The notes beneath the pieces were generated by a model. It was not told the DNA's origin and searched no databases. It saw only the letters and a list, made by a program, of their open reading frames with translations. From a virus (lineage: Duplodnaviria > Caudoviricetes), in the IMG/VR virus record IMGVR_UViG_3300028844_007041, positions 1 to 60,349 of that record: a DNA stretch of 60,349 nt. One strand, written 5' to 3'. The translations under genes were made by a program, and so were the position numbers. Below, piece by piece: positions 1 through 9,612 of this stretch; position 1 is the first letter of the stretch, and each line of letters begins with the position of its first letter.

Positions 1-14
1 TATGCTTGTTGCCA

Positions 15-650
15 TTATACCACTGTCCAAACTGAGTTAGCAGGCACTGTAACAACCACACCATCTGCGATTGTGATCGGTCCTGCACTGAGAGCATTCT
101 TGCCATCAGTGATTGTATCTGATTCGGTTAGAATGTTGCTGTTCTCATAGAACATATCTGCCTTCGCACCGGCATCTAAATTCAATCCTGCAGTGTTTAC
201 GGCAGAGATTGGAATGCCATTTTCGGTCAAAGCAATTGAATCCAATGAGATTGAATTTGCAGTTATATTTATTTTATCAAGTTCAATTTGACCATCAAGA
301 GCATCAATTGAAATTGAGTTTGCGGTAACTTCAACTGCTTCAATTGGTATTGAATCTGGCTGTAAATTTAACTTGTCAACATTGATTGAGTTATCCTTAA
401 CTTCAACAATTGCTGTACGATATTCAAGAGCAACTACATCACCAACTAAGGCAGGTGTGTTGAGCAATACAGTTGAACCATCATCAGCAAGAAAGTCTTC
501 TTCAGCCAACCGCACACCGTTACGATATACAGAGATGTAGCCCGGTAGATATCCTTGTGTGGTAAAACCGGCTTGTGTTTCTTCTGTGATTGTATGTTCT
601 TCTCGATACTCAGTTGTTTGAAGAACAGGAATATTACCAATGTATGACAT
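15..650 (-). CDS. Putative virion fibre-associated protein (211 aa)
   Basis: N-terminal MSYIG; VYRNGVRL...D...GDVV module shared with 5493..6617; short SI(S/N/P)ID-type repeats; beta-rich C-terminus. Its stop overlaps the ATG of a further gene leaving the window (MATSI...). Confidence 0.6.
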   Translation of the reverse strand: MSYIGNIPVLQTTEYREEHTITEETQAGFTTQGYLPGYISVYRNGVRLAEEDFLADDGSTVLLNTPALVGDVVALEYRTAIVEVKDNSINVDKLNLQPDSIPIEAVEVTANSISIDALDGQIELDKINITANSISLDSIALTENGIPISAVNTAGLNLDAGAKADMFYENSNILTESDTITDGKNALSAGPITIADGVVVTVPANSVWTVV

Positions 651-651
651 G

Positions 652-1005
652 TTATGCTGGTTTTGTTGGCCAGGTGACGTTTGTTAGATTGCCATCCGCA
701 TCTAATTGTGGATCAGCAGTTGTTGTTAAGTCTCGAAGAGCTTGGCGATAGTCATACCACAATTGCTTGTCAGGATGGTCATAGTCAGCAAGTCCCCAAG
801 GCGTGTCTGTTTCTGCTAACAGTCGATCTCTTTCTGCTCTCAATTGAACATCCGCTGGTGTAACATCAGCAGGTTCAGGAGAGTTACCTTCTGCTAACCA
901 TTTTTTGTATTCCTCATAGTCACGATTACCAGGAGCAACAGGAATGTGTGCGCCATCTGCTAATCGTATGATCATTAATTCTGGTTGTTGTGATAGTTTA
1001 TACAT
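652..1005 (-). CDS. Tail fibre assembly chaperone-like protein (117 aa)
   Basis: C-terminal LRAERDRLLAETD...YRQALRDL...VTWPTKP typical of phage tail assembly chaperones; N-terminal IP...NRDYEEYKKWLAEGN.PEPAD module; directly downstream of fibre-type genes. Confidence 0.75.
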   Translation of the reverse strand: MYKLSQQPELMIIRLADGAHIPVAPGNRDYEEYKKWLAEGNSPEPADVTPADVQLRAERDRLLAETDTPWGLADYDHPDKQLWYDYRQALRDLTTTADPQLDADGNLTNVTWPTKPA

Positions 1006-1016
1006 ATTTTTTTCCT

Positions 1017-1946
1017 TTATAGTTCAGCATCTATATCAAATTTCACTCTGACGAAGACATTTCCGGTGGGCTTCTCAGGTCTTGCCCAAAACCAAGCACC
1101 GTCTTTTCTAACATCAATTAGACCGACTTTACTAGTATCTGTAAAATTAGTAAGGTCGCCACTATAAAAATCTGTTGTTTTTACTGTTGGAGTATTTCTC
1201 ATTTCTACAGGCCATGTAACTGAACAACCTACAAAATATCCGGCAGCTTGTGGTACGCCATACCATTTACCAAACCAACCCTTACAAAAATACCTTTGAC
1301 ATAAACTTAGTTCCAAACCATAAGGCCGATGCTCAAATGGTGTAGCAACTTCTCCTTCTTCAAGCTGGATCATTGTTATATCATAAGTAACCCCATCAGT
1401 CAAATTATTAATAATATATTGATTTGATGTTCCTAAAGCAGGTACTGTTGTTTTAAAAGTTCTTGTAAATTTTTGCCAAGAAGTAGTTACATCAATAAAA
1501 AAATCATCATTGATTCTTGCTGTTTCAGTATGGTCATAAACAAATCCAAAATTTATTGTAGAAGCTTGACTTGCTTTTATCCAGGCTGAAAGTGTTACTG
1601 TTTTTTCATATCGATAATTTTCGATGTTTTGAAATAAACCCCTACCTCCATTATAACCTTGACCTTCATCTGATATTCGCAAAACATTTACTGTTTGCCC
1701 ATCAACAACATCAGTTATCTTTTGACTTCTTCCTTTATTATGCCACCAACGGTCGGCTGTATATATACCCCATGAATTATTTCCATTAGTTATATCTTCT
1801 GACCTTTGCCAAACATCAAAGTTTCCATTGATCAACTTATTTCGAAACGATAGCACCGGTGGTGGTATCTCAACCGGGTTCGCAACCGATAACTCGTTAC
1901 CTTGTGTGTCTATAATTTGATCAATGTTGCGTAAAATCTTTGCCAT
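1017..1946 (-). CDS. Putative receptor-binding/fibre protein, paralog 1 (CBM-like domain)
   Basis: FRNKLINGNFDVWQR...TLSAWIK...QLEEGEVATPFEHRPYGLELSLCQRY...DAEL architecture. Confidence 0.65.
   Translation of the reverse strand: MAKILRNIDQIIDTQGNELSVANPVEIPPPVLSFRNKLINGNFDVWQRSEDITNGNNSWGIYTADRWWHNKGRSQKITDVVDGQTVNVLRISDEGQGYNGGRGLFQNIENYRYEKTVTLSAWIKASQASTINFGFVYDHTETARINDDFFIDVTTSWQKFTRTFKTTVPALGTSNQYIINNLTDGVTYDITMIQLEEGEVATPFEHRPYGLELSLCQRYFCKGWFGKWYGVPQAAGYFVGCSVTWPVEMRNTPTVKTTDFYSGDLTNFTDTSKVGLIDVRKDGAWFWARPEKPTGNVFVRVKFDIDAEL
1291..1369. repeat. Conserved block B, copy 1 (other copies 2299..2377 and 3496..3574)
   Basis: Copies 1 and 2 differ at 7 of 79 nt by eye and share a 32-nt perfect run (tgacataaacttagttccaaaccataaggccg); encodes QLEEG.VATPFE.RPYGLEL.LC.R. 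Confidence 0.9.
1806..1852. repeat. Conserved block A, copy 1 (other copies about 2835..2881 and 4089..4131)
   Basis: ttgccaaac.tcaaa.tt.ccatt.at...cttatttcgaaac encoding FRNK.INGNFDVWQ in all three paralogs. Confidence 0.85.
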
Positions 1947-1948
1947 GT

Positions 1949-1967
1949 ATTACCTTTATAGTTCTGC
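1949..1967. repeat. 19-bp direct repeat spanning gene end, stop codon and next RBS (second copy 3242..3260)
   Basis: attacctttatagttctgc is identical at both gene junctions; a related sequence lies near 1013..1030. Confidence 0.85.
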
Positions 1968-3239
1968 CTCTGCTGCCCAATTAAACGCAATGATATTACC
2001 TGTTGTATCGGGTGTGTCAACAGGATTTGAATAATTTAAAACATAAAATCCAGTTTCCGTTACGCTATAAACTGTACTATATGTAAACGCTTGATTTGAA
2101 CTTGAAACCCAAGCTGCCCGATTAGCAGTAGTGCTAAAGGGGTTATAAATTATCGTGGTTGCTCCTGCTATTCTTTTTCGTTCCTTGAAAACTATTGGTA
2201 CTGCCATTCCGTATCCGCTCTGCCGATGCGAATACACAACTGTTGTCTCACCGGTATTATTGGCTGGTACAGTGTTTAGATTAAATGATTTTTCGTAGTA
2301 CCTCTGACATAAACTTAGTTCCAAACCATAAGGCCGTTGCTCGAATGGTGTGGCAACTGGTCCTTCTTCAAACTGGACTTGAGTTATCCATATAGTGTCA
2401 GATACACCTGAATTACTAATAGTATCACCAGTTCTCCATCGTATTGGGTGTATATATGTATTTCCTGAACCACCAGCGGTTGAACTAAAATTAGAAGGAA
2501 ATGTTACTGTTCTGCTAATAAATTGCCAATCTCCAGTGAATGTATATTGTTCACCTTCCGCTAACCATCCAATAGACATATGAAATGTTTTACCCGCAGG
2601 ACCTTTAACATACGCACTTAAAGTGTAAGTTTTTCCATCCAAGTATCTATTTAAATCTTCTATTATTTGATAGAAACCATTTGAATAATTAGTACTGGAT
2701 ATTGTAAGCGAATATTTAGAATTATTATTTGGAACATCACTACTTTGACTTGCTGTGACTGTAGCTGAATCATTAGCCACTATCCACCTATCAGTAGTAT
2801 ATAATGAGGATGCTAAAGTAAAACTTGTCCCACGTTGCCAAACATCAAAATTCCCATTAATAATCTTATTTCGAAACGATAAGACTGGCGCTGGTGTTTC
2901 AGGTATCACAGGTGCTGGTGAGTTGACCCAATTGTTCGCACTCGCATTGTAAGCAAGTATCTCACCATCGGCTGGATTGATTGCATTGATTTCAATCAAA
3001 TCAACATTTGCTACCGTGTTTGAAACTGTTGTTGCATCATAGAATTCATCTGTACCATCTGTGCTATATGAAATACCACTGTTGTACATTGCAGAAGATA
3101 TATCACCAAGTTCTTTGATCAATTCTGAGTTGGTGTTTGCACGAACAATAGCACCCTCAATCTCAGTGACTTGATCTGCTAAGTCTGTTAATTCGTTTAC
3201 GTCTGTTGCGAGTGATGCTAATACGTTTGCTTTACTCAT
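1956..3239 (-). CDS. Putative receptor-binding/fibre protein, paralog 2
   Basis: Same NGNFDVWQR...AEAEL core, with a coiled-coil N-terminus and a DGEILAYN...NW fibre motif. Confidence 0.65.
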   Translation of the reverse strand: MSKANVLASLATDVNELTDLADQVTEIEGAIVRANTNSELIKELGDISSAMYNSGISYSTDGTDEFYDATTVSNTVANVDLIEINAINPADGEILAYNASANNWVNSPAPVIPETPAPVLSFRNKIINGNFDVWQRGTSFTLASSLYTTDRWIVANDSATVTASQSSDVPNNNSKYSLTISSTNYSNGFYQIIEDLNRYLDGKTYTLSAYVKGPAGKTFHMSIGWLAEGEQYTFTGDWQFISRTVTFPSNFSSTAGGSGNTYIHPIRWRTGDTISNSGVSDTIWITQVQFEEGPVATPFEQRPYGLELSLCQRYYEKSFNLNTVPANNTGETTVVYSHRQSGYGMAVPIVFKERKRIAGATTIIYNPFSTTANRAAWVSSSNQAFTYSTVYSVTETGFYVLNYSNPVDTPDTTGNIIAFNWAAEAEL

Positions 3240-3248
3240 AAATTACCT

Positions 3249-4529
3249 TTATAGTTCTGCATCTGCTTCATAAGCAAATGCAAGTCCATATGAAGTTCCT
3301 ACACCATCAGCTTGCCACCCAAGATGAGTTGAACTTGAAGCACTTGAAATCGTTACCGCTCCTCCAGCACTGTTTTTCGTGCCTATAAAAATTACTGTAG
3401 GGTTCACTCTTTTTTCAACCAAAAAAGGTTGTCCAGACCTAATATAACTTGTATGATATCCTGTTGAACAGTATGAATTCTTACCTTTTTCAAAGTATCT
3501 TCGGCATAAATTTAATTCCAAACCATACGGCCGATGCTCAAATGGTGTGGCAACTGGTCCTTCTTCAAGCTGGACTTGAGCTATTGACAAATCAAAAGCG
3601 GAAGTATGAGCCGTAGGTGAAAGAATCTCAATTGCTAGATAACTAGCATTACTTTCTCCTAAAGTTGCTCCTGTCAAAGACGGAATATTAAGTTGAAATG
3701 TAAATTTCTGCCAAGATGTTGTAATTTCTCCAATAGCAGTACTAACATTACTTACAGTACCACCTGCTTGACCTGTAGTTTGTTGTCTGTATCGTATCTG
3801 TAGAGAGTCAGCAGCAATTGTTGAGCTTGACTTTAAATATAGTGATAAAGTTGCAGTTTTTCCAGCAAGCGTTCTCACATTTTCGACATACTGGGCAAAA
3901 ACTATATTGGCAGCTGGGTTAGTTGTTACTGTCCATTTTGCAAAATAATCTGGGTTATAGGGAACGTCAGTTTGACCAGGATTAAAGTTTTCTCTTGTTA
4001 GCGTCCCTGTGAAGTTAGTTCCTACAAATCTCCATCTATCAGCAGAATATGAGTTCGTACTATTACTGATTGTAAATGAAGTGTCTCGTTGCCAAACGTC
4101 AAAGTTTCCATTGATGACCTTATTTCGAAACATGTATGAGGAAGCAGGCGCAACTGTATTTCCCAGAGTCAATGACCCGGCACCTTCTACGCCCGTATGG
4201 CTTGCTAATATATTTCCACCGATTATGATTTCACCACCAGCAGGGTATGTGATGTTCTCAACACTATCTTCAAGAAGTCCAATTGAAGTGTCTAAACTTG
4301 TGATGTCTTGTTCAATTGAATCAAGTTGCGTTTCAATCGGAGTGAAATCAACACCAGCAATTGTACCATCAGAAGCAATGATTGTATTACCATTTTGATC
4401 TTTGATGCTGGCACCTTCTTTCAAATAGTATGAACCATCCTGCTCAATGATGTTTGTATTACCATCTCGAATTGGAAGGTCTACCTTTGCAAAGTTGACC
4501 GCTTTTGCCTTACCAATATATCCACTCAT
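3249..4529 (-). CDS. Putative receptor-binding/fibre protein, paralog 3
   Basis: MSGYIG start, short coiled coil, then the same NGNFDVWQR...ADAEL core. Confidence 0.65.
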   Translation of the reverse strand: MSGYIGKAKAVNFAKVDLPIRDGNTNIIEQDGSYYLKEGASIKDQNGNTIIASDGTIAGVDFTPIETQLDSIEQDITSLDTSIGLLEDSVENITYPAGGEIIIGGNILASHTGVEGAGSLTLGNTVAPASSYMFRNKVINGNFDVWQRDTSFTISNSTNSYSADRWRFVGTNFTGTLTRENFNPGQTDVPYNPDYFAKWTVTTNPAANIVFAQYVENVRTLAGKTATLSLYLKSSSTIAADSLQIRYRQQTTGQAGGTVSNVSTAIGEITTSWQKFTFQLNIPSLTGATLGESNASYLAIEILSPTAHTSAFDLSIAQVQLEEGPVATPFEHRPYGLELNLCRRYFEKGKNSYCSTGYHTSYIRSGQPFLVEKRVNPTVIFIGTKNSAGGAVTISSASSSTHLGWQADGVGTSYGLAFAYEADAEL

Positions 4530-4667
4530 AGTTCAAGAACCGTTAATGTACAATCAATTGAATTGTTTGCAGATGCACTGACTGTGACTATTTCGTTTTG
4601 TTCATGTGGTATAAACTACTTGACCATCTGTTGTTGCCGTTTCTGCTTTTCTTTTAAATGCTGCCAT
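4526..4667 (-). pseudogene. Internally deleted, frameshifted paralog of the 114-aa small partner proteins (not in the ORF track)
   Basis: ATG at 4667 reads MAAFKRKAETATTDGQVVYTT* (stop 4602..4604); a different frame from 4603 reads EQNEIVTVSASANNSIDCTLTVLEL* ending at 4526. These match the N- and C-termini of 7674..8018 and 9613..9957. Confidence 0.75.
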
Positions 4668-4676
4668 TTTTTTATA

Positions 4677-5483
4677 TCATCCAAGTGCAATTGAAAATAT
4701 GATTGAATTGAGTGTGTCTTCATCGTCAAAATAGAAGCCACCCTCACCGTCTGTTTTGAGAACTTGCCCTGCGGTTCCATCTGTTATATTTAGATCAGTC
4801 AATGCGTTTACCTCTCTTGCAGCATTGTTTGCAAAGAAGAATGTGCCATCTCCATTTGCAGTCAGAACCTGGTCTTTTGTTGATGAAGAATCTACATCAA
4901 TTAGATTATTCAGGCGATGTGCAGTAGGTGTTGTAAACTTAAATGAGCCATCACCATTTGCTGTAAGATATTGACCGTTGTATGCTAAAGTTGATACATC
5001 AGTTAAACTGGAAAGCTTTGGTTCAATCGGTGTTGTGAACATGAATGTTCCATCACCATTTGCTGTAAGATATTGTCCATAGTCTGATGTTGTTGATACA
5101 TCATTCAGGTTTGATAGTCGATGTTCTGCAAGTGTCTGAAATGTAAATGATCCATCTCCATCTGTATGTAATACTTGACCATCTGTTCCATCAAGAATAC
5201 CAAGATCCATGATTGTATGTATTTCTCTTGCCGCATTGTTTGCGAAAAAGAAAGCACCATCACCAGTTGCAGTTAGCACTTGATTTGCAGTAGCGGTTGA
5301 ATTAACATCCTGCAATGCATTTAAAAACAATAAATTACTTACAGCACCTTCAATTTGACTTGAATCAACATTTGAGCCGAAGTCAACATCATTCAGATAA
5401 ACTTTGTTATCTGTCAAATCCATAACTGCATTTAATCGATTTGCTAATCGTGCAAATTCTCTTGCTTTACTTCTTGTTGCCAT
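4677..5483 (-). CDS. Repeat-containing fibre protein ending in SIALG (268 aa)
   Basis: About six 34-aa repeats L..L.DV...GQ.LTANGDG.F.F; identical 26-nt segments at 4948..4973 and 5050..5075. Confidence 0.65.
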   Translation of the reverse strand: MATRSKAREFARLANRLNAVMDLTDNKVYLNDVDFGSNVDSSQIEGAVSNLLFLNALQDVNSTATANQVLTATGDGAFFFANNAAREIHTIMDLGILDGTDGQVLHTDGDGSFTFQTLAEHRLSNLNDVSTTSDYGQYLTANGDGTFMFTTPIEPKLSSLTDVSTLAYNGQYLTANGDGSFKFTTPTAHRLNNLIDVDSSSTKDQVLTANGDGTFFFANNAAREVNALTDLNITDGTAGQVLKTDGEGGFYFDDEDTLNSIIFSIALG

Positions 5484-5492
5484 TTATGACCT

Positions 5493-6617
5493 TTAGAACT
5501 TGTATCCTTTCACTAGAATGTACCACCATCCGCTACTACCACTATTGCCATAGTTGTTGATCCAAAACTTATTTTCTTTGATTGGTATCCACTGTGAGGA
5601 GTACCACATTCCATAATTTGGTGTAAATCCATCACTTTCACCAGTATATACAATCGTCAAACATTGTTCACTTGCAAGACCACCAAAATGACTTGTAGGT
5701 TGTTGTCCACGTGAATCAACCCAATTTTTCACATCACTTCTTTGATTTCTTGTGAATGAACATGTTTGATGATCGGAAGAAGTTGCGGTCATGAAAATAT
5801 CTGCAAACACCCAAGTTGCTTCAATTGGTATTCTTTCGGTGTATGGTAAACTAATTTGAGCATTGAAAGCACTCGAAAATGAAACTTCATGATAGAAAGG
5901 TGCAATCTCAATAAATCCTATGTTGTGCTGAAAATTGTATGTACCATCTCCCTTGACTGTAAGCACTTGACCAACTTCTGTATTTGCAGAATCAATATCA
6001 GTGATTACGGAAACGTTTGTGTTTGCAAAATAGAAATTGCCGTCAGAGCCAACTTTTAATGTTTGATTTTCTTCAAAGACAGGATCAAAGTCTGATAGGT
6101 CACGGAAAGATTGTGTGTCACGATGAACACGATAGCCCGGTGCAAATAATTCTACTTCAATACGATCATCTTCACGAAGTGGTTCAATGAATGTAATTTC
6201 ATTTGCAGTGATTGATACTGTATAATCATTTGCAGTTAAACGAATACCATTATAATAAACATTTAAATCAAAACTGTTGTTGATATTTGTTTCAAGTGTG
6301 ATTGTTTGATCGTTTGCACTTGGCTTGAAACTCTCACGATAGTAACTACTTTTTGATAAGTTGGTAACTTCTGTTGTACCAACACACTCAATTATATCAT
6401 TTACATTCGGTGTATGAATCAGTGTTACATATTGACCAAGTGGCTCAACTAAGTAATCAACAGTTTCAATCAACTTCATTCCGTTTTTAAAAACGGATAC
6501 ATGATTTTCATCATACTTTACAGCAAATGATTTTTGAACACCATCGGCAGTGTGAGTTGTACGGTCTGAAACTTTATCAAGATATCTTGTAGGTGACGGC
6601 GCTCCAATAAATGGCAT
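5493..6617 (-). CDS. Putative virion fibre/adhesin protein (374 aa)
   Basis: MPFIG start, two V(F/Y).NG..L...DY modules, GQVLTVKGDG repeat, Trp-rich C-terminal domain. Confidence 0.55.
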   Translation of the reverse strand: MPFIGAPSPTRYLDKVSDRTTHTADGVQKSFAVKYDENHVSVFKNGMKLIETVDYLVEPLGQYVTLIHTPNVNDIIECVGTTEVTNLSKSSYYRESFKPSANDQTITLETNINNSFDLNVYYNGIRLTANDYTVSITANEITFIEPLREDDRIEVELFAPGYRVHRDTQSFRDLSDFDPVFEENQTLKVGSDGNFYFANTNVSVITDIDSANTEVGQVLTVKGDGTYNFQHNIGFIEIAPFYHEVSFSSAFNAQISLPYTERIPIEATWVFADIFMTATSSDHQTCSFTRNQRSDVKNWVDSRGQQPTSHFGGLASEQCLTIVYTGESDGFTPNYGMWYSSQWIPIKENKFWINNYGNSGSSGWWYILVKGYKF

Positions 6618-6629
6618 TCAATTTCTCCA

Positions 6630-6914
6630 TCATTCTGGTGTAATGTTTGCCATTTCGGCTTCAGTCTCTGCATTTCTTTCAACTGCAGTTTTTACCCAAC
6701 CTTCAGCAAAGGCCATTTGTACAATCTGATCTCGGTCACTCGGAATTGTTTTTCCAACTTCAAGACATTTGTCAACTGTAAGTTTTACAATTTCATCAAT
6801 TGCAATTCGGCAACGATTCTTCACAACGTTATCGATCCAATCTTGTTGGCTTAATGCTGCATATGATAATGCTTTATCTTCTGTATCTGTAAGTTCAACG
6901 GTATATGTTTTCAT
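6630..6914 (-). CDS. Small hypothetical protein downstream of the C1q-like gene (94 aa)
   Basis: Clean ORF in the operon with a purine-rich upstream spacer; predicted helical (DWIDNVVKNRCRIAIDEIV). Confidence 0.6.
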   Translation of the reverse strand: MKTYTVELTDTEDKALSYAALSQQDWIDNVVKNRCRIAIDEIVKLTVDKCLEVGKTIPSDRDQIVQMAFAEGWVKTAVERNAETEAEMANITPE

Positions 6915-6927
6915 AAGTTCTTTTCTT

Positions 6928-7677
6928 TTAAATTAGATAATGTGTAGCCCAGAACCAGTCATTACCTCCTTGAGGATCACCTAAGTACCACCATTCAACA
7001 TAATCATTTGCTTTTAGATTACAAACTTCATTTACTGAAACTGTTGCCCAGACCACACCAGATTTATAGCCCATACCTTTTTTCTCACCATTAATTACTA
7101 ATCGTAACATTGAGATTGTTGGTGCTGCTTTGAATGTGCATTGTGCCGCCAGGGCATATAGACCATCAACAGGTGCAATAAAACGATGTGTTGCTGTATT
7201 ATAACAAGCTGGGTTTGTTGCTTTTACGGAAAGCGGTGCAGAGGCTGCTTTACCTTCTGTTTCTTGCAAACCTGCATTGTAGTAAACACGGCAATATGGT
7301 CTGTATGGTACAGTGACGTACCCTTCTTCTGAAATTTTCCAGATTGTTCCATTTAAAGTATTTTCGTAATGTATAGTATCACTGACTACTTTTAATTCTG
7401 GTGATGCAAGATTCTTGACATTATGTACAATTAATTCATTTGTAATATTAGCATCAGTACAACTGATTGAACCATCAAGAAGTTCAACTGTATTTGCTTT
7501 GAGTGAATTGATTTGTACAGTGTTTGCATCAATATCATTAACTTCTGCAGAATTGATCGTAGTTGTTGTGATTGAAACATTGTTTGAATCAATTTGTTCA
7601 AATCCTAAAACTTCTTTAGTATTATATGATTCTACAGGATCAATAACATTTTTTGCAATGTTAAAATTTTTTGTCAT
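6928..7677 (-). CDS. C1q/TNF-like domain fibre protein (249 aa)
   Basis: C-terminal YNTATHRFIAPVDGLY...LVING...NLKANDYVE matches the C1q signature F.AP..G.Y...L..GD.V. Confidence 0.7.
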   Translation of the reverse strand: MTKNFNIAKNVIDPVESYNTKEVLGFEQIDSNNVSITTTTINSAEVNDIDANTVQINSLKANTVELLDGSISCTDANITNELIVHNVKNLASPELKVVSDTIHYENTLNGTIWKISEEGYVTVPYRPYCRVYYNAGLQETEGKAASAPLSVKATNPACYNTATHRFIAPVDGLYALAAQCTFKAAPTISMLRLVINGEKKGMGYKSGVVWATVSVNEVCNLKANDYVEWWYLGDPQGGNDWFWATHYLI

Positions 7678-8018
7678 GTCTGCTCTACAAGAGATAATAC
7701 AGCATCAAATGAATTTGCAATTGTTGAACTAATTATTACTTCATCATTTGCGTTTAACACCATTTTATTTCCTTGCATGATTTCAAGTGATGAACCAACA
7801 TTAATTACAACATCTTTCAAATAGTGTACAGTTTGTCCAGCATCATCATCTTTCAATTTAACAGAAACAGAGATTAAATCATTGTGCAAATTTGAAATTG
7901 TAAAGCCGATCATAATTGTAGTATTTGATAATGGCACGGTATATACAGTTGCGTCATCAAGTGCATTCGTATAATTTACACCACCATTATATGTTTTTGA
8001 TAAAAGTTTATTAGCCAT
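7674..8018 (-). CDS. Small partner/adaptor-like virion protein (114 aa)
   Basis: VYTVP...IGFTISN...SSLEIMQGNKMVLNAND...DAVLSLVEQT; paralog of 9613..9957; follows the fibre ending in AIIFG. Confidence 0.65.
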   Translation of the reverse strand: MANKLLSKTYNGGVNYTNALDDATVYTVPLSNTTIMIGFTISNLHNDLISVSVKLKDDDAGQTVHYLKDVVINVGSSLEIMQGNKMVLNANDEVIISSTIANSFDAVLSLVEQT

Positions 8019-8021
8019 TAA

Positions 8022-9608
8022 TCAACCAAATATTATTGCGTTTATGAATGAATCGTCTTCGAGAACTGCCATTTTCTTTGCAAGTTCTTCATCTGGTCTG
8101 TTTTCTAAGTTTTGATAATCAATCGAATTGAAAGTGAATGTGCCATTGGCATCTGTAGTCAGCACTAAATTTGCGGTGTTACCATCTTCTATATTTAGTT
8201 CTGTCAGCAATGTTGGTATAAATGGAGTGCCTTCAATTTCAGTATAATGTACGTTCGAAAATGTGTATGTATTTCCACTAATTTTTAGAACTTGTGTATT
8301 TGCTGTTCCATGTACAATATTTAAATCAACAAGTTTGTTTGGTATGTAAGGAGTACCTTCAATCTCATCATAGATTACGTTTGCAAAGAAATAGTCACCA
8401 GCACCATCTGTTTTTAAAACTGTATTTGTCTCAACAACATCACTGTTCACACCAATATCAAACAAGTCAACTGGTATGGATGGTTTGTTTAGAATGTCTG
8501 CATAATCAACAGTGCCACCCATTGGACGAAACTCAAAAGTACCGTCACCGTTTGCAGTCAAAACTAAGCCGTCAGAGCCGTCAGAAACGCCCAGGTCAAG
8601 CAGAGAGGTCGGTATGTATGGCGTGCCTTGAACTTGAGAATATTGTATTGAATTAAATGCAAAATTGCCAGCACCATCTGTCATCAGATATGAATTATTA
8701 CTGCCATCAGAAATTGAAAGATCCGTGAGCAATGCTGGAATTGCCGGTGTGTTTGTTAGATTTGAATAATCATAAACAAAACTTGATGCATCAATTGGAC
8801 CAAATGTATAGTTGCCCGCACCATCTGTTGTTAAGACTTCTCCTGCATCACCATCAACAATACCAAGGTCTACTAAATCTTGTGGTATCGGTCTTGCTGT
8901 GAAACTAAAACCACCTGCACCATCAGTGACAAGAACTGAATTTAAAACACCGTCAACAACTCCTAGATCAAGAATTGAAGTTGGTAGTGTTGGTAGATTG
9001 TCAAGATGATTGTAGTTGATTGTCCGAAAGGAAACGTTACCTGTGCCATCTGTTGTTAGTACAGTATTCGGCGAGCCGTCATCAATGTTGATTTCAAAAA
9101 TGGTTGCTGGTATTCTTCTCTCTGTGAATGCTGGTCCATTCTGCGACATCACAAGAACGGAGTTTGCATTACCTGCAACAATACCTAAATCAAATATTGA
9201 TTGTGGAATATATGGAACATCAAGTAGATCATTATAACTGTATTGACGAAATGAAAATGTATTGGCACCATCTGCAAGAAGAGCCAGATTTGCCACACCA
9301 TCATCAATGTTTAAATCGGTAAGTTTTTCTGGTATGAAAGTTGTGCTGATATATTCATTAATATTTTTGTTGACAAAGTATTGATGTTCGTCATCAAAAA
9401 CAAAAATGTTTCCATCAACAGGAGTTTGTGTAACGGCAAATCTTGCGATTGTATTATCAGCAAATATTTCAGCAGGTGTTAAATCATCAACACCAATCAA
9501 GCCACCATCAATTGCAGTGTTTTTGAATGAAATGTTTTTGAAAGAACCGCCAGAATAATTGTCAGCAATACTTTTCTGAATTTCTGCAATTGAGAGTATT
9601 TTACTCAT
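8022..9608 (-). CDS. Repeat-rich fibre protein ending in AIIFG (528 aa)
   Basis: About ten repeats of L.DL.I.DG....VL.TDG.G.F.F...Y..L...P.IP. Confidence 0.65.
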   Translation of the reverse strand: MSKILSIAEIQKSIADNYSGGSFKNISFKNTAIDGGLIGVDDLTPAEIFADNTIARFAVTQTPVDGNIFVFDDEHQYFVNKNINEYISTTFIPEKLTDLNIDDGVANLALLADGANTFSFRQYSYNDLLDVPYIPQSIFDLGIVAGNANSVLVMSQNGPAFTERRIPATIFEINIDDGSPNTVLTTDGTGNVSFRTINYNHLDNLPTLPTSILDLGVVDGVLNSVLVTDGAGGFSFTARPIPQDLVDLGIVDGDAGEVLTTDGAGNYTFGPIDASSFVYDYSNLTNTPAIPALLTDLSISDGSNNSYLMTDGAGNFAFNSIQYSQVQGTPYIPTSLLDLGVSDGSDGLVLTANGDGTFEFRPMGGTVDYADILNKPSIPVDLFDIGVNSDVVETNTVLKTDGAGDYFFANVIYDEIEGTPYIPNKLVDLNIVHGTANTQVLKISGNTYTFSNVHYTEIEGTPFIPTLLTELNIEDGNTANLVLTTDANGTFTFNSIDYQNLENRPDEELAKKMAVLEDDSFINAIIFG

Positions 9609-9612
9609 TTAT

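Noticed and set aside
1017-4529. Diversity-generating retroelement (TR/VR pair) behind the repeated blocks
   Set aside because: Mismatches are not adenine-specific, all copies are in-frame in conserved coding motifs, and no reverse transcriptase is in the window.
1017-4529. Invertase/shufflon tail-fibre switch
   Set aside because: All repeats are direct, all cassettes are complete co-oriented genes, and no recombinase is present.
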